Part shown: piece after piece, positions 36,169-49,693 of the stretch
Numbering within the stretch: the first letter of the stretch is position 1
Layout of the letters: each line of letters begins with the position of its first letter
NCBI RefSeq assembly: GCF_009914755.1
Contig: NC_060925.1
Length of the DNA: 64,000 nt
Reading direction: 5' to 3' (one strand)
From: the human T2T-CHM13v2.0 reference genome, Homo sapiens
Position numbers and translations under genes: made by a program
The notes under the pieces: model-generated
What the model saw: only the letters and a program-made list of their open reading frames with translations
Databases searched by the model: none
Told to the model about the DNA's origin: nothing

Positions 36169-37050
36169 AAATTATATCCTAATCTTTGGCGGGAAATTTG
36201 ACTTTCCACTTGAAGTGGTTCTTTCAAACCTTGCAAATTTTTTTCTAGTCCCATAACAGGGACATATCTCATTTCATGCATCATATGTTTACTTTGAGGG
36301 CTATATAATTGTTCTGCAATTAGAACTTGTGCTGACATTGTTGTAATAAATCTCTTCCCCATAAATTTATAGGTACAGAAGTTATAATTGGTTGAATGGT
36401 CCCAGATTGTCCATCGGGCCCTTCACAATGCAAAATATAACTACTTTGATATACTTCAGAGGCTTTACCAACTCCAACTATGTTAAATTGAGCGGGTTGA
36501 ACTGGCCACGTGGATGGCCAGTGCTGTAGAGAAATGAGGGAAATGTCCGCTCCTGTATCTATCAAACCTTTAAATTTCTTTCCCTGAATAGTTATTTCAC
36601 AGGTAGGGCATTTATCAGTAATTTGATTTACCCAATAAGCTGCTTTGCCTTGTTTATTTGTGCTTCCAAATCCTCCTGTTCATTTAATTCCACTTTTTCC
36701 CATTCCCACATACGGCACAATCAGGAGCTATGCTATGCACTCTCCTGGCTCTGCTTTCCAGGGAACAGAAGTAGATATGACAATTTGAATTTCCCCATTG
36801 TAATCTGAACCAATGACTCCTGTATGTATTTGTACGCCTTTTAAACTTAAACTAGACTTTCCTAAAAGTAATCCTATTGTCCCCACTGGCAAGGGTCCAC
36901 AGACTCCTGTTGGGACCTTTTGCGAGGGTTCCCCAGGCAGAAGGCTCATAGCTTTTGTGCAGCATAAATCTACTGTGGCACTACTGGCTGTGGTGGGGGA
37001 CAGACATTGTACAGGGGTGAGGGAATGGCCTGAGCTGGAAACGCCCCAGT
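36165..37050 (-). pseudogene. pro: HML-3 pro remnant (dUTPase + aspartic protease)
   Basis: dUTPase motif GVIGSDYNGEIQI (36728..36949); protease IDTGAD and NLWGRDLL (36320..36565); split by stops and frameshifts. Confidence 0.9.
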
Positions 37051-38355
37051 TTAGAATGGGGCCCGGGACAGGCCCCTCATGGCATTTCCCGAAATCAGGT
37101 TCCCTTCTTTATCAAACTTAGAGTGACGCTGATTAGCCCAACGTTTTCCTTTTTTACATTTTGGACATATTTCAGGCTCAACAGTTTTCTTTTTTCCCCT
37201 ATCTGGCGGCCTGACTCGCTGATTTTTTCTACATTCTTTTTTAGTATGACCACGCTTCCCACAGTTAAAACAAGCTCCAGGAAATGGAGTATTTCCTTTA
37301 TCCACTCTCAGTCCTGCCATTGCCATTGCCAACAAGGTAGCTTTATGCAGATTACCTCTGACACCATCACAGGCCTTGATATAATAAACTAAATGTGATT
37401 TCCCTCTGATAGGTCGCAGAGCAGCCTGGCAATCAGGACTAGCATTGTCAAAAGCTAATAACTGCAACACTGTATCCTGAGCAGCCGAACCTGCAATCAC
37501 CTTTTTAAGAGACTCCTGTAACCGAGCTATAAAATCAACCTATGGTTCCCTTGGTCCCTGCTCTATACCACCAAAGGAAGGGTATTGCTCCCCACCTGAA
37601 GTGATTTTTTCCCAAGCTCTAATGCACACTCGTCTAAGCTGTTCTATGGCATCATCCTGCATGACCAGTTGTGCATCTAAACCAGCCCAGCCGCCAACCC
37701 CCGAAAGTTGGTCTGCAGTTATGTTAATTTGAGGTTGGACCTGGGCATTGCGAGCAGCCTGAATGGAAGCTTCATCTGCCCACCAAGTTTTAAATTGTAA
37801 GAACTGAGCAGGAGTTACATAAGCTCAAGTAAGAGCGTCCCAGTCAGTAGGAATCATCCGACTGGAAACAGCAACATTTTTTAACAGTCCCATTGCAAAA
37901 GGAGAACCTGGTCCATATTGATTAATAGCTTGTTTAAATTCTTTGAGTAATTTAAAAGGAAAAGGCTCAAATGTAGCTGTAATATTTCCCTGTTGATCTG
38001 GGGGGTGTATTCTAACAGGGAACTGCGAAGCCTTTAAATCACCCTCTTGTCTAGCTTGCTGAATTCCTGCCTGAATAGAACTAAAAGTGATTGCTTGAGG
38101 CGCTGCTCGAACAGTCACTGGGGCAACTACTTTTTGACCAGTGTCCTCCAGAAAAGAATGATCTGGAGGGTCTTTTCCTTTAAAATAATAATGAGGGGGT
38201 GCAGAAGGGTAGGGATGAACCTCTCCTTCCTTTGCTGCTTTAGCTGGCAAATAAACCTGTAACCTCTTCTGTTCTTCGCTATACTCTTCTTCCTCCTCAT
38301 CATCAGTGTGAAAAAGTTCCAAGGTGAAATGAACCAGACCCCACACTTGTCCCAT
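37051..38355 (-). pseudogene. gag: HML-3 gag remnant (frameshifted, MA largely deleted)
   Basis: ORFs 37825..38355 (MGQ start; CA FEPFPFKLLKEFKQAINQYGPGSP) and 37051..37500 (NC knuckle CFNCGKRGHTKKEC; second knuckle degenerate). Confidence 0.9.
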
Positions 38356-38480
38356 TGTTACTCTGATGATTTCGAACTCCCCTTCTTACTCACCATGGGG
38401 ATTGCTTTAAGAGTACTCGGGTGTCCTCCAGCTTAGTTCCATGTTTTCCAACCGTTGCTCTGGCGACCCTTCGACCTGGA

Positions 38481-38504
38481 TTCGAGCCCCCACGATGGAC
38501 GCTA
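38481..38504 (-). other. Primer-binding site, tRNA-Lys(CUU)-like
   Basis: Plus-strand ttcgagcccccacgatggacgcta resembles the tRNA-Lys 3' end TTCGAGCCCCACGTTGGGCGCCA and sits just inside the 5' LTR. Confidence 0.85.
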
Positions 38505-38506
38505 CT

Positions 38507-39019
38507 TGCCAAGACCAGTTCTGTTGGGGAGACCCTAACCCAGTGGTGCTAGAGGAATTAAAGACACACACACAGAAATATAGAGGTATGAAGTGGGAAA
38601 TCAGGGGTCTCACAGCCTTCAGAGCTGAGAGCCCCGAACAGAGATTTACCCACATATTTATTAACAGCAAACCAGTCATTAGCATTGTTTCTATAGACAT
38701 TAAATTAACTAAAAGTATCCCTTATGGGAAACGAAGGGATGGGCCAAATTAAAGGAATAGGCTGGGCTGGTTAACTGCAGCAGGAGCACGTCCTTAAGGC
38801 ACAGATCGCTCAAGCTCTTGTTTGTGGCTTAAGAATGCCTTTAAGTGGTTTTCCGCCTTGGGCGGGCCAGGTGTTGCTTGCCCTCATTCCCGTAAACCCA
38901 CAACCTTTCAGAGTGGGTGTTAGGGCCATTATGAACATGTTACAGTGCTGCAGAGATGTTGTTTATGGCCAGTTTAGGGGCCAGTTTATGGACAGATTTT
39001 GGGGGACCTGCTCCCAACA
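38507..39019 (-). mobile_element. 5' LTR (MER9)
   Basis: Direct repeat of 32011-32525, adjacent to the PBS, with a minus-strand AATAAA at 38657-38662. Confidence 0.92.
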
Positions 39020-40209
39020 CAAAAATGAAAAATGGCCTAAATATCCAACAAAAGGGAAATGGGTAAACAAATTATGTTTTAGCCATATAATATAATATTA
39101 ATCAGTAAAAATTAATTTTTTCAAAGAATATTCAATGGCATGGAGAAATGTACATGAGAATTCTACATTACACAATTCAGCTGGGGACCCCAATGACAAA
39201 AAGTATCTAAAACTGTAAATATACAATTACTTCAATATTGTTAAAAATATACTAAAAATATATAAAAATTTATCTCTTTTGGTGGTGATGGGTTATTTTC
39301 TTTATGCTTTTTCCTATTTTTCAAATTTCAAAAGTTTCCAAATAAATAGCATTAAGTTTATAATAAAAAAGGAAATGTTACTTGTAGAAATTGGTCTTCA
39401 AGATTTTAACTATAAGTAAAAAAAGGTATCTAAAAACAAAATATACATAAAATCTCAAATATTTTGTTTTTATTTTCCTTTTTCCTGGTCAATTGCACTA
39501 ATTGTTGAAAGGAAATTCAGCTTTCATGCAATATCAGAGTTAATAGTAAGTAAGGGCAAGGCTTTGCAAAGTTTTAGGAGTGTCTAAATCTGAGGTTCTT
39601 TGAGTCCCACCTTCAGGCTTCTGGCCTTCCTGGGAACTTCTTTTTTCTGATCCCAGTTCAGCTACTCCTCTGGCTCCCATTTGTAGTGTTGATTCCAAGC
39701 TGGAGCGCCAGGTCAGACCAAGTCAGTCAATAGGCCCAGCACTGATAGGTCCTTGACCCGGGTCACTTGATCCAATCCTAGATTCATTTCTTCTGAGGGC
39801 TTCTTGACTTACCTGCCCATGCCCCATGTTGATTACCCTATACATCAAAGTCCATCTGCATCCAACCTCTTCCAACCTCCATTCACCAACCCCCATTTGT
39901 ACACAGAAATGATTCTTACAAAGGAGAAGCTTCATCTGCACATCCATATGCCCATCCATCCATCTATCCATTACTTCCCTCAGCAAATAATCACTGGGTA
40001 CTTAACTCTGTGCAGGCACTATGCTGGATTATTGGGATGGAGAGTTGACTCCGACACTGTTTCTACCAAATTTCCCAGCCATGGAATAGAAAAGACAAGG
40101 CGCTCATGCTCACTGACCTTTCCAAGCCCAAGCCAAAAAATGAGAAGTGGCCTAAATATCCAAAAAAAGGGAAATGGGTAACCAAATTATGTTTTATCTG
40201 TAAAACTCA

Positions 40210-40651
40210 TGTAGAGCAGACACTTGTGCTGCCTGCCCCCCACATCTCAGCCCACCTGACTTGTGCTGCGTGCCCCACATCTCAGCCCACTGACTTAGTG
40301 CAGTGCGATGGACAGTTCCATGCACCTGGTCTGCATCCCTCATCAAGTGGATCTCAGCTGCCTCAGGGATCAGCCTTGCAGAAGAGCAAGGGGGAATTCA
40401 CACCCAAAGGGGCAATCCTCAACTCTGAGGAGAGTCTTTAAATCATTGCTTAGAAAGTCCTGAGAGGGATCGAGGCCCCTTTCCCCTTAGTGATAATTAG
40501 CTCTTTAACACACCCTTCCTGTTTTTTCTCTCTGTTGGTCTCTCTTTTGCCTCTCCATTACCTCTGCTTCTTGGTATCACCTGGCATATAAACTACTCGC
40601 TCTCAGTTCCTTGTTGCAGTCTCTGCTTTTGGAAGAACCCAAACTAAGATA
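40210..40651 (+). mobile_element. ERVL LTR (LTR16 family) with an internal ~36-bp tandem duplication (40222-40292)
   Basis: Ends ...taaactactcgc...gaacccaaactaagata. Repeated unit acttgtgctgc.tgccccacatctcagcccac. Confidence 0.6.
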
Positions 40652-41301
40652 CCATGGTAAACCTTACTAAGGAATGAATGAATGCTGATATTATAGTGAG
40701 AAGAGAGAAGACAGTCTTGGACGCGGACAAATGACCACCTGATGTTGGTAAAGACCCTGTTACATTATTAGTCAGTTATAATGAGGGGCCACATTACCCA
40801 TTTATAATGTATGTCAGGGTGTTGGTTTGACTGACTTAGAAATACTAAGCGTAAGAGTAATGTGGATGTGACTGAGAACAATACCTACCCTCTATGGGAC
40901 ACTTTCATTTGGTCTTTATTTATATCTTCTCATCATCCACCCTTCACAACCTTCCTGTAACCCAGACATTAATTAATCTCATTTTTAAAGTGAGTAAACA
41001 GGTTCACAGGGATGGCTCAAGGCCACATCGTGGCAGAGCAGGACTCTAAGTTTGATCTGTCAGACATCAGATTCCAGACTCTTGTGCCCACATCTCTGCA
41101 TGAGTCTATTACAACATCCAGTCAGAAGCCCAGTTCTCCAGCTGCTTGACAAGCAACTTATAATGCACACACTTGAAATCAGGGTATGCTGTCTCACAAG
41201 GTCTAGGTCAGCCATAGCAGGCCTGTGCAGGGAAGGCATAGTAAATAAGACACGGTCTATTTATTACTCACTGTTAATCAACACTTAAGATAAAACACTG
41301 C

Positions 41302-41311
41302 TTTATTTATT
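41302..41311 (-). terminator. Overlapping polyadenylation signals AATAAATAAA (distal AGBL4 end)
   Basis: tttatttatt on the plus strand just downstream of the TAG of the distal exon. Confidence 0.6.
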
Positions 41312-41343
41312 CTCTTTGGCAGCTCAAGTGTGCTCCATGGTGC

Positions 41344-41455
41344 CTACTGCACGGTGATGTTAATTAGGTCCTCAGTACTGCATCTCTTGTATGCAAGGTT
41401 CGTGGTGTCACCAGCTCGTCTCACCTCTCCAGAGGTCTCTGGTTCAGCATTAAGT
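41344..41455 (-). CDS. AGBL4: Candidate AGBL4 alternative distal last exon, (R)LNAEPETSGEVRRAGDTTNLAYKRCSTEDLINITVQ*
   Basis: Strong acceptor ttctttctgtcctcag| at 41456. The 112 nt equal 1 nt + 36 codons + TAG, in exactly the phase left by the 58400 and 53648 donors. AATAAA follows about 35 nt after the stop, and the sequence is non-repetitive. Confidence 0.7.
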
Positions 41456-41511
41456 CTGAGGACAGAAAGAATCTTTGGAAGGCGGGAATCACCACCAGAG
41501 TTGCTGAACTA

Positions 41512-41727
<216 letters not shown>

Positions 41728-42494
41728 TCATTAGGGTTTAGCAACCTGACATGCATACTGGGGTCAGTGTGAGATCATTTTTAGGGTAGGCAAGTGGGTT
41801 GAAGGGGGTGTTCCTAGAGACCCAAAATGGCAGAACTGGAGGAGCCCTTAGTGATCACCTACTTCAACAGATTCCATTTTGTAGATGGGAAAACTGAGGC
41901 TTAGAGAGGGAGAGTGACTTTTCTAAAGTTATATAAATGCTGGGAACATATTGCGATTAGATTCCAGGTCTCTCTGCTTCCAGTTAAGACTCCTTCTAAT
42001 GGATCATTTCTAGGCCTTTGTCCCTGCTCCTGATGTCCTCACTTGTCCCCATCCCCTTCCTATTGTATGGCTACAGAATGGATGCATGCAAAGTACTGCC
42101 TCTAGTAGGAACTCAGAGAATGTGAGTTCTTTCTCCCCACTACATTCACTTTCCCTGAAATTCCTCAAAGTAATCCTGTGATTTAGAAACAGCAATAATG
42201 CTTAATTCCATTCTGTGGGTGAGGAAGTTGAGGTTCAAAGAGGGGAAATGACAGCAGCTGAATTAGGCTTAAATCCAGGCTCTGGGTTAGTGCTCTTTCA
42301 ACCAAACCACATGGCCTCCCTAAGGATAAATGAATAAAAGAAAGAATGAATATTTAACTTAGAAAAGAATGAATTAAGGCATGTATGGCAAACAGGCTTA
42401 ATGTTTGAAAGTCCCCACCCCATGTATTTGCTTTTCAGTAAAGGCAAAGTCTCAAGCTCCGTGGAGCTGCTCTTTAGGCCAGAGCAATGAAGTA

Positions 42495-42841
42495 CAGTCA
42501 TGCATTGTTTAATGACAGGGATACGTTCTGAGAAATGCATTGTTAGGTGATTTCATCATTGTGTGAACATCATAGAATGTACTTACACAAATCTAGATGG
42601 TGTGGCCTGCTATACACCTAGGCTACATGGTACAGCCTATGGCTCCTAGGCTACAAACCCGTCAAGTATGTTATTCTACTGAATGCTGTAGGCAATTATA
42701 ACACAATGCTTGCATTTGTGTATCTAAAAAAATCTAAACATAGGAAAGGTACAATAAAAATATAGTATTATAATCTTATGGGACCACTGTCATTCAGGTA
42801 GTCTATCATTGGCTGAAACATTGTGAGGTGGTGTGTGACTG
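42495..42841 (+). mobile_element. Tigger3a (MER7A) DNA transposon, full length
   Basis: cagtca...tgactg TIR ends, TA target duplication, 347 bp. Confidence 0.85.
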
Positions 42842-45254
42842 TATTTCACAGCTGTGTGCCCTTCACTTTTGACCACCACCTGGTATTCGACCTATTTTAG
42901 AGCAGGCCCTCAGTGAGTGCTTCTGAAATTGAACAGAAACAAACCCCCTGGAATCATGGAATTTCAGCTCCAGGAGCACTTTGGAGAGGTATTAGGGGTA
43001 TTAAGGAGAACTACCTCTCACTTCTTCATAACACCACACAAGCAATGTTTTTCAACCTTTAGTCAAGGCTGATCTGAAGAGAGAAAAAAAAAGAGAAAGA
43101 CAGGAACACAAAGCTGAAATACAGAAAAGACACCTAAACACAAGATCACCTGGAGACAGAGTCTGAAAAGGGGGTTCTTGGTGAGCTCTCCACCCCAGAG
43201 GGACTGGCTTGGCTGAATCAGCCAGGATCAGCCTTCACTGGGACTGGGAAAGAGGAGAGGTGGCCCTGACATCGTGCTGAGCACAGTCCCTGGGAGGCTG
43301 GGGCAGAGGGGTGATCCATTAATATGGATGAAATGTCAAGAAAGTAGACAGAATTTCAAACAGCAGCTTAACCCAGGACCTCTGACTATGAGTAGATGTA
43401 AAAAAATCTGCTTAGATTTGACAATGATCTGTCATCTAATATTCAGTAAAAACATTCACAACTGAACAAACTTATGCATTTTCACACACAAATATAAAGA
43501 AGTTATTCATATAAGATGTTCACATAATGGTAGCACACACACACACATACATTCAAATACATCATAGTCAATTTATCTCTTTTACCTGTCGTAGTCTCTC
43601 CCCAGCTTTCTCCTTTTTTTTTTTTTTTGTTTTTGCCCTATGGATACTATTAGCCTAAAGTCTCACAACTTCCTATATGGGCCTATAAGCTAGGTTTGCT
43701 CCACTTTATCCAGAAGTTTCAGGGTTGCTTTTATTTGTGAACTTCTGGAGGGAGAGAGAAAAGGAGGGGTGTCAGCATCACCAAAATGTTCTGCTTGGAG
43801 CAGGCATCCTCAGTCTCATTTTCGCCACCAGCAGCAGCAGCAACAGCCACAAATTCTCTGTGAATGGCTTCTCTGTCTCTGGCCTTATGCTAAGGCTCTT
43901 GGGCCCCATAAATGAGTAAGACTGTTTTTGGCCCTCTCTAAACATCTCAGTCCAAGAAAATGGAAAGTTGAATTGGTAAGAGAGCTGATACACAATAAAA
44001 GTGAAATACCAAAGCCATTACCAAGTGTCAAATGAAATGTGTTTAGACAGTGGTTCCCTAGAAGCTCAGGGCCAGTGCACCAGGAAAGACTTCCTGAAGG
44101 AGGGGTCTTGTAGAATCAGTAAAAATCAGGGCAGCAGAGAGGAATGGGGAGGTGCCTAGCAAACACAGATGCTTCATTATTTGTGTTGGATAAATTAGTG
44201 ATGAGACACTTCAGGTTAAAAGCATGGATGAAGTAGGGAACTTCATGAGGTCTCAGAAGAAAGAAAATATTGGAAAATGTTTTTCAAAATACCATACTTT
44301 CCCATTTATCTTCTCAGTTGATCCTCACGATTCTCTTTTTCTTTTATTTTCTGCTGAGGATTATGTCAGTTGAAGATTATGTTCCCATACCAAACAGTAA
44401 GAAACTGAAACCAGTTGAAGCTCTGGGGTTACTCCATCCAGGACAAGAGACTTACTTAATGTCTAATACAGCCAGGCAGTATCAGAGCTGGGAGCAGAAC
44501 CCAGTTTCCTAACGGCTACATCTTTAAATCCATTTGACTTGACAATTTGAGTCTGGGAGTTGAGGATAGAATGTGGCTTGGGTTAGAGGAAGAGGAAGAC
44601 TTTGGGATATTTCCTGGGAAAACTCCCTCTAGTTAGTGACATAGCACCCTCTTTATAACGCAGGAGTGTGGGAGAGGTGGGTTAATAGAAGGAGCTGGGC
44701 GTCCTTTGCACCACTCCATCCTAATATCCTGGCAAAGCACCTCGCTTGTTGTTACAATTCTGAGGGTAGCACCAATCCTGCCTGTTAAGACAATCATTTC
44801 ACAGCAGTTGTTTCAAAGGAAGAGACTCAGGCATACAGGACATATGGGGACATCCAGTTGCAAAGGAGACCGCCTAAAGCAAGACTCAGGGGAATCAGGC
44901 AAAATGAGGTCATGCACAGGAACAAACATAAACCAGTAAGCTCCCTGAGGTGGAGGCTTTTTATAACCAGCATTAAATATTTATTGTATTGTCAGTCTTA
45001 GGACTGTACACAAAAAGGAGGAGGGGAGAACGAAAAGAACACAAGCATTAGAGTCTGATGACTCCCAGGCTCCTCCACTTACAACAAGCTGCACAACTTT
45101 GGTCAGATTCCTTAGTCTCCCTAAGCTTCTGTGTCTTTAGCAGGGAAATGAGGAGAATAATGCCTACTTCATAGGGGTGTTGTGAGGATTGCATCAGATC
45201 ATGGAAGACAAAGCAATCAGTACAGGGCCTGGAGCCAAGTAAGCACTCAGTCAG

Positions 45255-45550
45255 GGCAGAACAGCAGTAACAGTAGCAGCTGCAGCGGCAGGAGGAGGAG
45301 GAGGAGTAGATTAGTAGTAGCAGCAATATCCACAGTAGTAGTGGTAGCAGCAGCGGTAGTAGCATTAGATTAGCAGTACCAGCAACAGGAGCAGTAATAG
45401 TAGTAGGAGCAGCAGCAGCAGTGGAGTAGTAATGGGAATAACAGTAGAAGTAGATTAGTAATAGAAGCAGCAGTAGCAGTAATAGCAACAGCAATGTTTT
45501 TACTAGTAGTAATAGCAACAGCAGAAGTAGTAGTTATAACCACACCAGCA
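45255..45550. repeat. Degenerate trinucleotide low-complexity tract (AGC/AGT/AAT)n after a MIR (~45050-45250)
   Basis: Directly visible; it generates the poly-L/poly-S pseudo-ORFs. Confidence 0.9.
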
Positions 45551-45899
45551 ACAATTGTTATGATGTTTATTGTTATAGAAAAAAGGATCTAATTGCCTTG
45601 GGCTGTGAAAAAGAATTTAGCTTTCAGGAAACTGTTGGAGGATTAAGTAAATCTGTCTCCTTCATCTCTCCATGGACCCTGGGGCCATGAAGATCATCCA
45701 GGACCGCTGACTCTAAGTCTAAAGCACTCTACCATACTATGCTGCCTTTAATGCTGAGTTGGAGCTTAATTCTGTAAGTAAAGGAAGCCATAGAGGAAAT
45801 CTGAGCTGTGGAATGTCTCAGAGAGGTTGAGGCTTTGGGAAGATAAAGCCATAATTAGGATTCAGTTATCAGGGTGAGGTCAGGATAGAATTTTCGATT

Positions 45900-47200
<1,301 letters not shown>

Positions 47201-49679
47201 GGAACAAGTAAATTTTAAGCACTAAGGAGTTATAATAGGCATCATTAGGATGACTTTCTGACTTGTTCGGGCTTAGTGTCGAGGTCTGGGGCTGAACCGA
47301 GAGACAGAGAGGTGTGGTAGAGTTGTGTTTGTATCCAGGGTCCACATCCTGTCCTAGTTACTTACTGGCTGTGGACCACGGGCATGAGATTAATCACACT
47401 AATCTGAATTTCTTCATCTGCAAAGTTGAGAAAATAAGCCCTGACCAGCACACCACCTGAATTTGGTGTATGAAGACAGATATGTGAGTGCCTTGGGGGA
47501 GTCCTGAATTTCAGCTGGCAGAGAAGATCTGTATGATTACTTCATAAAGATGATCCCTGAGATGTTGCATGCCAATCAAAGTAACATAAAAAAAGTTTTG
47601 TATGTATCCTGGTAAGATTTGTTTGCTATGATTTTGACAAAACATGGTATCTTGTAGAATCTATTTCCCCCTTCTCTTTTTAGTCTAGTTATTTCAGCCT
47701 CACATGAGGCTGGGTGAATATCATGTTCAACACTGTCTTCCCATTTGTTCAGAGTCCCAACTTCCAAAGCCTCTTTCCCCTCCCTCAAGGGTTCAGGGTT
47801 TTTGGGTGACCTCACTCTCACCATACCCACTATTTATTCATTCCACACTCAGTGAGCACAGACTCTGCTACGTAATCTGTGTTAAGTGCTAAGACTACAG
47901 AGATGAATAAAACCTAGGTCCCTGGCTTGACACTGATCCCTCAGTGTGACTGCCTTTCTTCTGGACACTCCTCTCACTCTTGTCCTCTACTCAAGAAGCA
48001 TTTGTACTTCTGTCTGTACGTCATCTGGGGAGAAGAAAAGCTTTGGCTCTAGAGAAGGGATTTCCAACTCTAGCAAGCAGATGAGAGGCAGAGCAGGGGT
48101 GAAGATGGCTTGAGAAAAGAGTTTTTCTCAGTTCCAGGTATTTTATAGATGTTATTATATTCAATTCTCACCATAAATATAGGAAGTAGATATTATTCAG
48201 TTCATTTTACAGATGAGGATCCCGAGACTTAAAGAGATTACATTATTTGCCCAAAGCCATACAGCTTAACAGAAGAGCTGGGATTCACACTCAGGTTGGC
48301 CTGACTTTAAACTCGGGCTGTTCCTATTACGTTATGTCTCCCCTCTGCTTTGTGGCCCTGATGCCCCTTTGGCTGAGCTCAGCCAAAAGGTACCAGACTT
48401 CTTTAGTGCTCAGAAGGCAGGAACTTAGAGGAAGAATTCCGAACAAGAAATGAGGGACATAGTAGGCTTATTTCGCATACCCCAGATGGAGGAAGTGATA
48501 GGGAACCAGAGCTAGATTATCTGCTTGGGGCCAGTAACCCAGAGAGTGTCACGATGGGTCCAACAACCCTGCTGAGATTCCAGGGGCCCTCTGCATGTCA
48601 AGGGATAAATGGGCCCCTTGCCTAAACGCTGCTCTCTGGAGGACTCTGGAGTGCCTAGAAGAAGGTCAGACAGGTGTGTGGGAATGAGAGATAGGAAGAA
48701 GGCAGGGCTTCAGCAGCAAGTGCTAAAAAGTCCTGAAATCATTACACATTTTTCCCAGCCTGTAAACTTAACATGCTTCCTTCCCCTCTCCCTATCCCCC
48801 ACTACCTCTAAATGATGCCATTGTTTACTTGTTATTCTGCTTTAACCTGTTTCTTTTTTTGACCTGATTTTACCTGGAGACAAATGGATAAGGCCCAGCA
48901 CAAAGTAGTGGAAGGGGAGCAGTGTTTGAATCCAGGTTCTCACTAGCCACATGGGTGTAAAAAAAAGGTGTTTACCTTTAGGGTTCTCATTTTTTCTCAT
49001 CTTCGAAGTGTAGAAAATGATACTTACCTGATAGGACTGTTGGGAACATTGAATAAGGCAATGGATACAAAGGGATCTAGAACTACACCTGACACACAGT
49101 ATATGTTCAGTAAACATCTGGATGTATGAATCGATGCTGCACAAATGTTAATCAGCCTACACTTCCATAGTTGGCTCTGTTCTTACTATGTAGAAAAATG
49201 AGTTGGGTTCTCTAAGGCAGGTCTCAGGTGTGTCAGTTGAGTTACAGTGAAAGGATACTAGTTCTTTCTGTGTTTACCGCCCCGCCTCCATTTAAAAGGC
49301 AATAGAAAAAGCTTCTAGACAAAGGCTCACTGTTGGCTGCCGCAAAGCAAACATTATCACCAACCTCCTCTGCTGGGGGCTTAGCAACGAAGAAACTGGG
49401 TAACCTCCAGTTTGTCTGCTGCAGCTTGAGGGTAAACAGACTTTTAGTCCTGTCTCTGCACCTCTGAACTGATACAGAGCAAAACTAGCACTGCATCAGT
49501 ATGGAGAGTTGTGTGAGAGCCAGGTTGAGACCTGTCATGATCCCTCTCCTTCTCACCCCTACTTTTTGCATAGTTGTCTGTCTCCTTGGAAATGCACAGA
49601 ACACTGCTTTGGTGGCCAGCTCCACCCACCTGTGGCTCTAATCTGAGACAGACCTGGCTGGACAAGAAGATAGGCTGGT

Positions 49680-49693
49680 GCGCCCCCTGCTGG
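49680..49693 (-). promoter_or_regulatory. CTCF motif (perfect core)
   Basis: Minus strand CCAGCAGGGGGCGC matches the full core consensus. Confidence 0.75.

Larger units (their letters stand above)
32011..39019 (-). mobile_element. HERV-K(HML-3) (HERVK9/MER9) provirus with two LTRs, defective
   Basis: Two ~515-bp TG...CA LTRs, tRNA-Lys PBS, PPT and betaretroviral gag/dUTPase-pro/pol/env remnants. 5-bp TSD caaaa at 32006-32010 and 39020-39024. Inserted into an old L1 3' fragment that continues on both sides. Confidence 0.93.

Noticed and set aside
33446-38355. Retroviral ORFs as an active or domesticated gene system
   Set aside because: Every gene is broken by stops or frameshifts; for example YMDD is out of frame with the upstream RT and the second zinc knuckle is mutated. 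The longest piece is 232 aa.
38478-38504. tRNA-Lys-like sequence
   Set aside because: Only the 3' ~25 nt are present; this is the retroviral primer-binding site, not a tRNA gene.
45048-45518. 156-aa poly-Leu ORF that looks like a signal peptide or membrane protein
   Set aside because: It is a translation of trinucleotide low-complexity sequence plus MIR.
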